A stretch of DNA of 64,000 nucleotides from Octopus vulgaris (taxonomy: Eukaryota): contig OX597832.1 of NCBI GenBank assembly GCA_951406725.2, positions 2,542,001 through 2,606,000 on the forward strand, given 5' to 3'. How positions within the stretch are numbered: the stretch's first letter is position 1; every line of letters begins with the position of its first letter. The translations under genes were made by a program, and so were the position numbers. This document shows positions 35,307-49,043 of this stretch, piece by piece. Below the pieces are notes generated by a model. It did no database searches, had not been told where the DNA came from, and saw only the letters and a program-made list of their open reading frames with translations.

Positions 35307-38203
35307 TGTAATGTGACGGATGAAGAGGACAACAGAAGGAGAAGAAGAAATACAAACAGGCTCGCTTTACCCTGGTCAGGACGTCTGCCCTGTTCCTATC
35401 GGAAGGCACAAAGATCACGCTCAGCTTCAGATTGAACTCAGTGGTTAGTTCACGCAGTATTCCCAATCGATGCTTTACCAGCATCTCTGCAGCCCCTTTG
35501 GTCTGCACCCTCCGCTCATTGGTGATGACTGCTGTCACCCAACCAAGTACAGTGGCTGAATCAGTCCTGATTTCTATGGTATGCAACCCCCACTTCAAGG
35601 CTAGGTTCACGCCCTTCAACACGGCATCCAACTCCGCCACATTGATATGATTGCAGTCATCTGTCTTCCTGAGCCAGGCTGCATCTTCCACTATGACACC
35701 CCCCACTTCTAAGACAACCCCTATTGCGATGCTACTGGCGTCACACCATACAATCCCACTCTTTGATTTGGGAACATACCAGCTGCCCTCACTGGGTCCT
35801 CTGCTCCTACTCTGACCAAGACTTCCTGTATCATGTCGATCGTCTTCTCCCCCACTCTATCATTCCACTTCACTCCTTCGGCTCATCTCTTGATGAAGCT
35901 ACATGCTGTCAGGAGCCAACCTGCAATCGGGTAGTGTCCCACCAGCTTCCCACACACAGAGAACAGTTCCCGTCTACTCATGCTGGCGCCCAGTTCAGGG
36001 ACCTCATTCCCTCGCCGGAACACCAACGCGCCGGCCTTGTGTCTCCATAGCTTGAGGCCCAGTGCAGCACCTCCCTCCATTGCCTCTGGTGGCTTGGCGA
36101 TCAGTCCCAAACTCTTCAGGTGGCTTATGACCTCCGTTGCTGGCATTACGGTTTCATCCACCAGAATGTCATCGATGTACGAGTTGGTGGCCCTTTTTAC
36201 TCTGTCCACCTTTCCCAGGATGGCCTTGAGAATTGTTGCCATAATCTTTGGCACTGAATTCAGCCTGAACCCCAACCTAGTCAGACAGTACGTCCGGCCC
36301 TTATACCTGACAAGCTGGTACTTCCACAATTTCTCAGCCACATGCACCTGTAGTTATGCCGACTTCAAATCAACAATCGCGGAAGCCCATATCATGTGCC
36401 TCCACTCTCGCAAGGTGTCTCCGCAGACATCTGTAGCCTTGCTGCCTGTATGACATGATACGTGGTCATTCAGCTCTCGGAAGTCGAGCACTGGCCTGAC
36501 CTTACGCTTTGTGGGCTGTATCACCGACATCAGTGACAGGACTCTGCTCTGTTCTTTTTCCCAAGGGATCAATATGCCCTCCTTAATCCACCGCTCCACC
36601 TCCCCCTCGAACTCACTTCTGGCATCTCCTTTTAGAGTATGCTGATAGCAGCCCACTTTATTCTTTAACATCGGGGGCTCTCCCTTCCTGTGCCACTCCA
36701 CTGTCCACCTCTTGCCATCAAAGACAGCCCGAAAATCCTGGTCTTCAATGGCGTATGCAGCATGCTTTTCCTCACGGTTGTCACCAGTGCATGGTCTCGC
36801 CCTACACGGTTTCCCCGCTAACCCAAACGTTACACTGGCCTTGTTAACGGTGACACCTCCCAAGCAGGTGATTGCATCCATCCCCATCACCACGTCAATC
36901 TCGTCCACCAAGTGACCAACCATAATCGCTCGCAGCGTCAGCTGTAGTCCCTGCACCACAATCTGCGCATCTGTAATGCCTTCACAGTGTACTTCTCTTC
37001 CGTCGACAGCTTTCTCCACTCCACGTCTCTGCCACTTCTGTAGTCATCAGGGTTGTCGTACAGCCCGTGTCCACAAGGGCTCACGACATCTTCCCCTCCA
37101 CCAGAATGTCGACCACAGGTAGCGACGATAAACGCGCCTCTACTGATCCGAAGGGACAACTACCGGCGCAGTAGTCTCCCTCAGTCTGTTTCCCCACAGA
37201 CATTCGCTGGCTATATGCCCCGGTTCTCGACACCGGTAGCAAATCACCTCAGGCTTGGGTGACTTGCAGTCACGCACCATGTGCGGACCTTGGCACCGGA
37301 AACACTGTCCTTTGAACGGTCGCACACGTTCTTTCTTTGGCCCCTCTCCGCTGCTCCTAGCTCGGCCACTTTTCGATGTTGCAGTCGCTGCTACCGACAT
37401 CGTTCTGCTGCACGAAACTAGTACGCGTGCCCGAGATATGATGTCCGCCATCGGCATCAAATGAACATTCGGTAGCTGCTGTAGCTCGACCGACATGTCA
37501 GGAAAGCCAGTCACGAACGCCAACCTAACCGTCCTGTCCAGCGACTCTCCCTCATAACCCGCCAGTTTGACCAATCTCCTAAGTTCATTGGCAAACACGT
37601 CCACCTGTTCCCCAGTCCATCTTGTTCTACCCAGGCAAGCGTATGCCTCAAACATTCCCTCCGCAAAGGCCTCCATCAACTGGATTTCTACTTTCTCCGC
37701 GCTGAGTTGGTCTGTCTCCTCCATCTCTAGATACAGCGCCAATGCCGGACCATCCAAGTACAGTGGCATGAAGCTCGCCAGGTCACTTATACCATGGAGC
37801 TTCGCCACCAACTTCACTTTCTTCAACCAAGTGACTACATCCGTGTCACCGCAAAACAGTTTTATCATTTCGTGCGAAATACGGGCACTCATCGTTCGTT
37901 TTTTTTTTTTTTCTCTTTATGTGCCGAAATAGCTTGTAATGTGACGGATGAAGAGGACAACAGAATGAGAAGAAGAAATACAAACAGGTCTTACCTCGGC
38001 GAAGATCAGGTCTCTTACCAAACTCGCCACGTCCAGTGGCTTCCTCGTCTCTGCTTGAACTACTGGCTTGCTTGATCGCCCCACATGCGTCCCGCTTGAC
38101 CGCTTCCGCTTCCCCCCGCACATGCACCCACAGTCTTCCACCAGGCCCCTGCAAGCCCTACTTCCGCCCTCCTTTATCTGTCGTCCTCTCCACCGACACC
38201 ACA
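35307..38203 (-). mobile_element. Ty3/Gypsy LTR retrotransposon, internally deleted (gag-PR-RT-RH, no integrase)
   Basis: TG...CA termini and a 5-bp TSD GTATA (35302-35306 and 38204-38208). 269-bp 5' LTR at 37935-38203, but only 54 bp of the 3' LTR at 35307-35360. Gag 37140..37892 has two zinc knuckles. Protease ALVDTGC, RT YIDD, and RNase H AELDAV/RTDS/NRAD. Confidence 0.93.
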
Positions 38204-38419
38204 GTATATATATATATATATCTGTATACATCTGCACATAAGTATATATATAAATATATAGTATAGATGTAAATGTATGGATGTATTTGCAAATACCTGT
38301 TCAGTGGTGGCAGGACGTGCTAGAAATACTAGCCAAATCGGTTAATGTTTACAAGTTGTGGTGCACCTGAGCACTGTATACAATAATTTCATTATTATTA
38401 TTATTATTATTATTAAGTA

Positions 38420-40301
<1,882 letters not shown>

Positions 40302-40479
40302 GTTTAAGCGTCCGTTTTCCATGCTAGCATGGGTTGGACGGTTCTACTGGGGTCTGTGAAGCCAGAAGGCTTCATCAGGCCCAGTCAAATCTGGCAGTGT
40401 TTCTACGGCTGGATGCCCTTCCTAACGCCAACCACTCCGTGAGTGTAGTGGGTGCTTTTTACGTGCCATAATATATATA

Positions 40480-40579
40480 NNNNNNNNNNNNNNNNNNNNN
40501 NNNNNNNNNNNNNNNNNNNNNNNNNNNNNNNNNNNNNNNNNNNNNNNNNNNNNNNNNNNNNNNNNNNNNNNNNNNNNNN
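40480..40579. other. Assembly gap (100 N)
   Basis: Run of N. The round length suggests the true size is unknown. Confidence 0.99.
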
Positions 40580-41300
40580 AGGAAAGAAATACAGATATTC
40601 TAGAGTTGAGTTGCCGAGGGTCCACCAGCTGAGGCGGGTAATATAGGGGAGCAACCAGTGGGGAAGGTTGGGGTGGGTGAGGAACGATGGCAGGAAGGGT
40701 TGGTGTAGGTTCCTAAGAAATAAAAACGTAGGATATTACGAGGCGGGAGGGTACTAAAGGGGATGGTCGGATTGAGGCAGTCAGGAGGAAGCGTAAGATC
40801 GGTGGGCAGTTGATGAGCTATGGCGCTAGCAGCTTGTCTTTTCACAGTGAAAGCATATGAGGAGAAGGGGTAGTGGGGGGAGGAGGAGGGAGTAGGGCGT
40901 ACCCAGTGTAGATGAGTAAGGCGTATCCGGTGTAGATGGTGAGAACGGGGTATACTGGTATTGGTGGTGGGGGTGAGAACAGTGTTCAACGGTATTGGTG
41001 GTGGGGGTGAGAACAGTGTTCAACGGTATTGGTGGTGGGGGTGAGAACAGTGTTCAACGGTATTGGTGGTGGGGGTGAGAACAGTGTTCAACGGTATTGG
41101 TGGTGGGGTGAGAACAGTGTTCAACGGTATTGGTGGTGGGGGTGGGGGGCGGGCCATCGCCAATGGCTGAAAGATGGAAAGATGGGATTACGGCTTGAGG
41201 CAGCCTACGGCCAAATTTTGTAGAGAGAGAGATAGGAAAGATAAATCAAGTTATATTTAAAGGCTTGAAAGTAGCCTAAAAGGTTAAATTTTTCGTAACA
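40580..41300 (-). mobile_element. Inverted copy of the 5' region of the adjacent RTE LINE
   Basis: Reverse complement of about 41780-42615, including the 34-bp tandem array. Confidence 0.85.
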
Positions 41301-42055
41301 GTGTATGAATGGGGCGTCGTGGAAAGATGGAAAAAGATTAGACACATGTTTAAGAACTTGCTGTTTGCATAGATCGAGAGATAGAGATAGTAAGGCTTGA
41401 AAGTAGCCTAGAAGTGTTAAATTTTCAGAATAGTGTTTATTCATACACTGTTACGAAAAATTTAACCTTTTAGGCGAATAAAAATTTACTTACTATTTTT
41501 TATTCAACGTTTATTCATACCTTACGCCATCAAGCCTTCGGATTTATCTTTCCTATCTCTCTCTCTACAAAATTTAACCGTAGGCTGCCTCAAGCCGTAA
41601 TCCCATCTTTTCCCATCTTTCAGCCATTGGCGGTCTTTTCCTCCTCTTCTTCTTCTTATGCTAAAACTTGAAAATCGCCATTACCATTCATTTATCTTAC
41701 TATTTTTTTAGATTTATCTTTCCTATCTCTCTCTCTAAGGCTGCCTTAATCCCATCTTTCCCATCTTTCAGCCATTCAGTTTATTCATACACTGTTACGA
41801 AAATTTAACCTTTTAGGCTACTTTCAAGCCTTCGCCTTAACTTATTTATCTTTCCTATCTCTCTCTCTCTACAAAATTTAACCGTAGGCTGCCTCAAGCC
41901 GTAATCCCATCTTTTTCTTTCAGCCATTCAGCCATAACTTGATTTATCTTTCCTATAACTTGATTTATCTCTCTCTACAAAATTTAACCGTAGGCTGCCT
42001 CAAGCCGTAATCCCATCTTTTCCCATCTTTCAGCCATTGGCGGTGCGCCCGCCCC

Positions 42056-42250
42056 CACCCCCACCACCAATACCGTTGAACACTGTTCTCACCCCCACCA
42101 CCAATACCGTTGAACACTGTTCTCACCCCCACCACCTATACCGTTGAACACTGTTCTCACCCCCACCACCAATACCGTTGAACACTGTTCTCACCCCCAC
42201 CACCAATACCGGTGAACACTGTTCTCACCCCCCACCACCAATACCAGTAT
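42056..42250 (+). repeat. 34-bp tandem repeat (about 5-6 units) in the RTE 5' region
   Basis: Unit CCCCCACCACCAATACCGTTGAACACTGTTCTCA. Mirrored at about 40955-41145. Confidence 0.9.
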
Positions 42251-42830
42251 ACCCCGTTCTCACCATCTACACCGGATACGCCTTACTCATCTACACTGGG
42301 TACGCCCTACTCCCTCCTCCTCCCCCCACTACCCCTTCTCCTCATATGCTTAAGACAAGCTGCTAGCGCCATAGCTCATCAACTGCCCACCGATCTTACG
42401 CTTCCTCCTGACACTGCCTCAATCCGACCATCCCCTTTTAGTACCCTCCCGCCTCGTAATATCCTACGTTTTTATTTCTTAGGAACCTACACCAACCCTT
42501 CCTGCCATCGTTCCTCCTTACCCCAACCTTCCCCACTGGTTGCTCCCCTATATTACCCGCCTCAACTGGACCCCCCCTCCCCAACTCAACTCTAGAATAT
42601 CTGTATTTCTTTCCTCTACCTAATTACGTTACTCAGTGACGATAACAAATGTCCACTGCTAACACCAGCTCCTGCCCACGGCGTGGTCAGGTTGGAAGAG
42701 AGATCAAAAGAAAAATACCACGAAAACTATCACCACCACTACAACCCTCCTCTTCTCAGGCGCCGAATCCCCCTGTCCCCCCCACATCTCCTTCCCAGTT
42801 TTCAGAGTTGGCACTATCAATGTTGGTACA

Positions 42831-45800
42831 TTGACAGGCAAGTCTAGTGAGATTGTAGAGATGCTAGAGAGAAGACAGGTTGATGTATGCTGCATACAAG
42901 AGGTAAGATGGAGAGATGCTTCGGCTAGGGTCCTCACGGGCAAGGCACTTAGATACAAACTCTACTGGCAAGGTAACGCGGAAGGTGTAGGGGGTGTAGG
43001 CATTCTCCTTGCGGAGGAATGGGTGGATAAGGTCATAGAGGTTGTCAGGGTTTGTGATAGAGTGCTTAAGCTCAGGTTGGTCCTACAGAGTGGCACAGCT
43101 ATGATTATCTCAGCCTATGCCCCACAAGCGGGACTACCAAATGATCAGAAGGACAACTTTTATGATACCCTTCTGCAGGCTACTTCAAAGACTAGTAACA
43201 AGGACCTCATCTTTGTAGGTGGAGATTTTAACGGGCATGTTGGGCGGGAATCGGGTATCTTCACTGGGGTACATGGTGGCTATGGTATTGGCACCAGAAA
43301 TGATGAGGGAACTAGACTACTGGAATTCTGTGATGCATGTAACCTTTCAATCTGCAACACTAACTTCAAGAAGCCAGTCTGCCACCTTATAACTTATCAG
43401 TCAGGAGACTCCGCTAGCCAAATAGACTTCATCCTCACCAGACAACGGGATGCAGGGTTGCTCTTGAATACAAAGACCCTCCCGGGTGAAGAATGTATCC
43501 CTCAGCATAGACTAATCATCAGTGACTTTAAGCTTGAGGCCAGAAGGACTCCAAGAAACAAACCAATCCAGAAAAGAAGGATTTGGAGGCTAAAGAACCC
43601 TTCGCATGGTCAGAAATTTAGGGACATACTCATCAAGAAATTTGATGAGAGGGAAGAGGAGCTTCAGACGTCAGACATAGAAGGTAGCTGGGAATTCCTA
43701 CGGGACAGCTTGTTGAGTGCCACAGACCAAGTTTGTGGATGGTGCAAAGTCCCTTCCAGACCTAGAATTACGTGGTGGTGGAATAGTGCAGTAGATAAAG
43801 CCATCTGTGAAAAGAGACGGGCCTGGAAAGCCTGGAAGGATGGGGGCAGCAGGGAACTGTACCAGATAGCCAAAAGGGAGGCTGGGCGGCAGGTATACAT
43901 TGCCAAAGATGTAGCAGAAAAGAAGAAGTTTGCCAATGTCCAGCGTCGCGAGGATCAAAGAGCTGAAGTATTTCGGATTGCCAGACAGTGTGTCAGAGAA
44001 AATAGCGATGTTATAGGAGAGAAATGTGTCCGCATGGATGATGGGGCACTTGCTTTTACTACTAGTGAAAAGAAAGAGGCTTGGAGAAGCCATTATGAAA
44101 GACTGCTAAATGAGGAGAATGAATGGGAGGAGGAGAGCCTGCCAAATGTTGACCCAGTAGAGGGACCAGCTACCCGAATAGACAGCTCCCTTGTAGATAA
44201 GGCAATTAAGGATATGAAACCAGGCAAAGCCCCTGGCCTATCAGGAATCACTGCTGAGATGCTTAAAACAGCTGGCTATGTGGGCCATGCCATAGTCACC
44301 CGCATTGTAAACCAGGTAGTTCACAATGGAGCCATACCCAATGACTGGTGCAGCAGTACCATAGTCAACTGCTACAAGGGTAAGGGTGATGCTCTAGATA
44401 GAAATAACTACAGAGGTATCAAACTGTTGGACCAGGTGATGAAGGTCTCAGAGAAGGTCATAACCAATCTCATTAGGGAGAGAATTTGTTTAGATGAAAT
44501 GCAGTTCGGTTTTGTACCAGGTAGAAGCACCACTGATGCTATATTCCTGGTCCGACAACTGCAGGAGAAGTACCTAGCTAAAGATAAACCCCTCTACATA
44601 GCTTTTGTAGACTTGGAGAAAGCCTTTGACAGGGTTCCCCGTTCCCTTATCTGGTGGTCGATGCGGAAACTGGAGATTGAAGAATGGCTAATAAGGGCTG
44701 TACAGGCTCTATACAGAGAGGCTGTTAGCAAGGTTAGGATTGGCAACGAATATAGTGAAGAATTCCGAGTAGAAGTAGGTGTGCACCAGGGCTCAGCCCT
44801 CAGTCCCCTTTTGTTCATCATAGTCCTTCAGGCAATAACAGAGGAATTCAAAACGGGATGCCCCTGGGAGCTCCTCTATGCCGATGACCTAGCTCTCATA
44901 GCAGAATCACTACCGGAACTAGAAGAGAAATTTCGGGTATGCAAGCAAGGGTTGGAATCAAAGGGCCTTAGAATAAATGTAGCAAAGACCAAAGTATTAG
45001 TAAGCAGCAAGAGGTACTCAACACACATCCCCTCGGGTAGGTGGCCCTGCTCAACCTGTAGGAAAGGTACAGGTAGAAACTCCATAAGATGCACCCAATG
45101 TAAGTTATGGACACATAAGAGGTGCAGCAACATTAAAGGGAAATTAACAGATAAGATAGCTTTCATGTGCGGCAGATGCACAGGGACAATAGACACAACA
45201 GACACTCAGAAAACAGATTCCATCACACTCCAGGGAGAGAAACTAGAAGTAGTTGATAGTTTCCGCTACCTGGGAGACCAAGTTAGTAGCGGAGGTGGAT
45301 GCACAGAGAGTATCACCACTAGAATACGAATAGCCTGGGCAAAGTTCAGAAAGCTCCTACCCCTACTGGCAACAAAAGGCCTCTCCCTCAGAGCAAAAGG
45401 TAGATTGTATGATGCATGTGTGCGAACTGCCATGCTTCACGGTAATGAAACATGGGCTGTGACTGCAGAAGACATGCGTAGACTTGAAAGAAATGAAGCT
45501 AGCATGATCCGCTGGATGTGTAGTGTCAGTGTGCACGCAAAACAGAGTGTAAGTATCCTGAGAGAAATGCTGGATATAAGAAGCATCAGATGTGGTGTGC
45601 AAGAGCGACGCTTGCGATGGTATGGTCATGTGCTGCGGATGGATGAAGAGAGATGTGTGAAGAAGTGCCACTCCCAAACAGTTGAAGGTATCAGGGGGAG
45701 AGGTAGACCCAGGAAGACATGGGATGAGGTGGTCAAGCATGACCTCAGAGCATTGGGCCTCACTGAGGCAATGGCGAAGGACCGAGATCTCTGGAGATAT

Positions 45801-45968
45801 GCTGTGACTACAAAGACCCGGGCTGCTTTCTGCAGCAATTCCACATACCCCCTACCCATTCTAAGTACCCCGGATCCCCAAAGTACCCCGGATCCCCAAA
45901 GTACCCTGGATCCCCAAAATACCCCGATCCCCAAAGTACCCCGGACCTCGTTGCCCCCGTGCCGCTGA
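42831..45968 (+). CDS. RTE ORF: APE endonuclease, reverse transcriptase and PHD-type zinc finger
   Basis: Uninterrupted 1045 codons. APE motifs CIQEVRW, SAYAP, GDFNGH and IDFIL. RT motifs QFGF, FVDLEKAFDRV, GVHQGS and LYADD. C4HC3 finger at about 45045-45180. The frame is open upstream to 42663 without an ATG. Confidence 0.95.
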   Translation: MTGKSSEIVEMLERRQVDVCCIQEVRWRDASARVLTGKALRYKLYWQGNAEGVGGVGILLAEEWVDKVIEVVRVCDRVLKLRLVLQSGTAMIISAYAPQAGLPNDQKDNFYDTLLQATSKTSNKDLIFVGGDFNGHVGRESGIFTGVHGGYGIGTRNDEGTRLLEFCDACNLSICNTNFKKPVCHLITYQSGDSASQIDFILTRQRDAGLLLNTKTLPGEECIPQHRLIISDFKLEARRTPRNKPIQKRRIWRLKNPSHGQKFRDILIKKFDEREEELQTSDIEGSWEFLRDSLLSATDQVCGWCKVPSRPRITWWWNSAVDKAICEKRRAWKAWKDGGSRELYQIAKREAGRQVYIAKDVAEKKKFANVQRREDQRAEVFRIARQCVRENSDVIGEKCVRMDDGALAFTTSEKKEAWRSHYERLLNEENEWEEESLPNVDPVEGPATRIDSSLVDKAIKDMKPGKAPGLSGITAEMLKTAGYVGHAIVTRIVNQVVHNGAIPNDWCSSTIVNCYKGKGDALDRNNYRGIKLLDQVMKVSEKVITNLIRERICLDEMQFGFVPGRSTTDAIFLVRQLQEKYLAKDKPLYIAFVDLEKAFDRVPRSLIWWSMRKLEIEEWLIRAVQALYREAVSKVRIGNEYSEEFRVEVGVHQGSALSPLLFIIVLQAITEEFKTGCPWELLYADDLALIAESLPELEEKFRVCKQGLESKGLRINVAKTKVLVSSKRYSTHIPSGRWPCSTCRKGTGRNSIRCTQCKLWTHKRCSNIKGKLTDKIAFMCGRCTGTIDTTDTQKTDSITLQGEKLEVVDSFRYLGDQVSSGGGCTESITTRIRIAWAKFRKLLPLLATKGLSLRAKGRLYDACVRTAMLHGNETWAVTAEDMRRLERNEASMIRWMCSVSVHAKQSVSILREMLDIRSIRCGVQERRLRWYGHVLRMDEERCVKKCHSQTVEGIRGRGRPRKTWDEVVKHDLRALGLTEAMAKDRDLWRYAVTTKTRAAFCSNSTYPLPILSTPDPQSTPDPQSTLDPQNTPIPKVPRTSLPPCR

Positions 45969-46209
45969 CACGTTAAAATGCTCGAACCGATCGTGACGAT
46001 GCCGGACCCTCCGGCCCCTGTGCAGGTGGCACGTAAAAAGCACCCAATCCACTCACGGAGTGGTTGGCGTTAGGAAGGGCATCCAGCCGTAGAAACTCTG
46101 CCAGATTCAGACTGGAGCCTGGAGCGGCCCCTGGCTTCCCAGACCCGGTCAAACCGTCCAACCCGTGCTAGCGCGGAAAGCGGACGTTAAACGATGATGA
46201 TGATATATC

Positions 46210-48140
46210 TGAACAAACCATGTCATGCTGTATTAAACTGACAAAAGGTAGGTTTCTTACCGTTGTCAGTATTTATGCACTAGCAATGCCCCATTCTGAT
46301 GAAACTGCAGGACAGTTTTATGATGCTCTAGTGAGGAAAGTACCAATTGAGAGATTTCAATGCAACAGTTGGAAAGGACTATGTTTCATGACCTGTTTTA
46401 GGTTGACATGGTATTGGAAAATGTAATAAAAATGGAGTAGCTCTTTTGACGTTTTGTACTGAGAACAATCTGGAGTTTAAGCAGAAAAATAAATATAAAA
46501 CCATCTGGATACACCCAAGATCTAAGCACTGGCATCTCATAGATATATTTTGATCAGAAAATGTGATATGAAAGACGTTTCTAGCATTCAGGCCATGAGA
46601 GGGGCAGAGAGCTGGACTGACCATCATCTAGTGCATGGAAAAATAGATTTTTTAATAATGCCTAAAAATCAACAGTTTGGTCCTAAGGGACCCAAAAAGT
46701 TAAATGTTGCAAACTTTGAATTATCAAGCAACTTGGAAAGATTCCACAGTGCTATAGAAAGTATCAGACTTGACCCAAACTATGGGAAGATTTCAAAACA
46801 AAAGTATTTCAGGCTGCAAGTTTGTCAGTGGGATTTAAGTCACATAAGTCCAGTGACTGGTTCTCATATAGATCAGCAGAAATTCATGATCTACTTTTAG
46901 AAAAACAAAACTTAGGCAATGCACTTCTTGAACTGAGAGTCCTTGAACCCCAACTCATATGAAGCTTACAGAAAGCTGAAAAGGAAAGTGCAGACTTCTC
47001 TAAGGAAAATTAAACAGGAATGGTGGAATGATAGAACAAAAGAGGCACAAGAAGCAGATGATAGAAATGATGCCAAGGGTTTGTACTCTTATGTTAAGGA
47101 GGTTTATGGCCCAAAATCTTCTTCAATAGCTCCAGTGAGAACAGCAAATGGACGTTTGCTTCTAACTGACATCATGCTAGGGAGAACATTTTTCTGCACT
47201 TTTGAGTAGACCGTCATCTGCTGACATGAGGGCAATAGAGAAAATTGAACATCTTCCAGTTATAGAAGAGATGGCATTTGAACCAAATCTAAATGACATT
47301 TATTTAACTGTGAATAAGCTGAATAACAATAAGTCTCCAGGGTCTGATGGAATCTGTGCAGAAGTCTTGAAATATGGGGGTGATAAAATGTTTGAACTCT
47401 TAAATACATTAATTTGTCACTGTTGGAGAACTGAGAAAATGCCTCAAGACTAGATTGATGCCAATTTAGTCTCCTTGTATAAATCGGGGCCAAAGGATCT
47501 GTGTGGTAATTTTCATGGGATTTCGCTTTTGTTAGAATGTTTAAATACATTCGTAGTTCTAAATAAAGTGTCTGAGTCTCAGTGTGGTTTTTGTTCCTCC
47601 AGGGGCACAGCTGATTGTATCTTTACTATCAGACAATTTCCAGAAAAGTGCATTGAACAGAATCTTGCTCTATACTATTGCTTTGTTGATTTGAGCAAAG
47701 CATTCGATACTGTTAATCGAAATGTTCCGTGGCTAATTCTAAGGAAAATAGGTTGCCCAGAAAAATTTGTAAACATGATCAGGGCTTTGCATCAAGATAT
47801 GAAAGCTAGAGTTAACTTTGGTGGTAGGCTCTCTGAATCTTTTGCCTTGGCAAATGAAGTAAAGCAAGGAGACCTTGATGCACCCACCCTCTTTGCAGTA
47901 TACTTTACTGTTGTGCTGTCACACGCTTTTCAAAACTCTGAGAAGGGTATTTACATAAAATATTGAACAACAGGGAATGTTTTTGATCTGACCAGACTGA
48001 AATTCAAAATGAAGGTTTTTAGTTTACTCATTAGGGAACTTTTGTATGCTGATGATTGTGGTCATATCAGTCATTCAGAAACAGGTCTGCAATCTCTTGT
48101 ATCTGCATTTGACTCAGCTTGTGATGATTTTGGTTTGTGA
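46210..48140 (+). mobile_element. Degraded RTE/BovB-like LINE (second family)
   Basis: Frameshifted remnants HPRSKHWHLID, WTDHHLV, KSPGSDGI, ESQCGF, FVDLSKAFDTV, VKQG and ELLYADDC. Confidence 0.88.
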
Positions 48141-48980
48141 TGACATGTCTTATATATTTATATGTATTGTATTTATATATATATTTTTTGTATATTATTT
48201 TTCACCCTTTATAATTGTGTAACTTATACGCCTGTAGTATATACCTAATGCATATGTGCGTGCATATATACATGTGTACGAATGATCGTATATATACGAG
48301 TGCAAGACACTACCTGTTGTACTTGTTTCCTTCCTTCATACATACATACATGTATGTATATACATTTATATATCTGCAGGTGTAGATGTGTTTGACAGAC
48401 AGGAGGGTGTATTTGTGTATATACATATATAATTCATTTGTATATTCAAGTTTTGCGGTGAATGTGAATGTTTTATGGCTTATGTTTTTAGCTTGTGTTT
48501 CCATTTGTATATACGTCTATCCACGTTTGTATGTGCATGTGCGTATAGTCTGTGTTTTGTATATCCGCGTATGTATGAGTATGTGTGTATAGAGATGTGT
48601 ATATGAACATAATGATGCGTGCATTTTTGTGTATGTGTTTTTATTTGTATATACGTTTTCCACTCATGTGTATGCATGTGTGTATAAACTATGTTTTGTA
48701 TATATGCATATGTGTGTGTACATGTAGAGATGTATATATGAGCGTAGTGATGCGTGCATGGGTATATATGTGTGTGTGTGTGTGCGTGTATGCATAGACA
48801 TATGTATATATATATGTGTGTTTGTATGTATATGTTCATACGTGTGTCTGTATGTATATAGATATATATACATACATGTGTGCATGTATGCGGTTCTTTG
48901 AATGAAGTATTACTTTCACCATGCCTATTGGAGTAATTTCCCTTTATTCAACGGTTTTTTTTTTCCATAGCGTTTTGTCT

Positions 48981-49043
48981 TAATAACTGATGAAATGATG
49001 GAGCAGACTCCAGACCCAGTATCCGAAACTCTGAGTTTTATTA
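48981..49043 (+). ncRNA. Candidate type I hammerhead ribozyme (Penelope-type)
   Basis: Stem I TAATAA/TTATTA, canonical CTGATGA, CGAAA, stem III ACTC-t-GAGT and GUU triplet. Stem II is partly decayed. Confidence 0.5.

Larger units (their letters stand above)
41780..46204 (+). mobile_element. Near full-length RTE-clade non-LTR retrotransposon
   Basis: Long 5' region, a single long EN-RT ORF, 18-bp repeats (AAGTACCCCGGATCCCCA) at 45863-45945, and the family 3' end with a (GAT)n tail at 46192-46204. Confidence 0.93.

Noticed and set aside
41940-42060. Possible HDV-like ribozyme at the RTE 5' end (GGCTG...CAGCC pairing)
   Set aside because: I could not assemble the nested double pseudoknot (P2, P3, P1.1 and catalytic C) by eye, and the region may be misassembled.
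42056-42250. 34-bp repeats resembling a CRISPR array
   Set aside because: The repeats are contiguous with no unique spacers, there are no cas genes, and the context is a eukaryotic LINE 5' region.
43664-45934. Several antisense ORFs over the RTE
   Set aside because: They are shadow ORFs of the long + strand coding frame.
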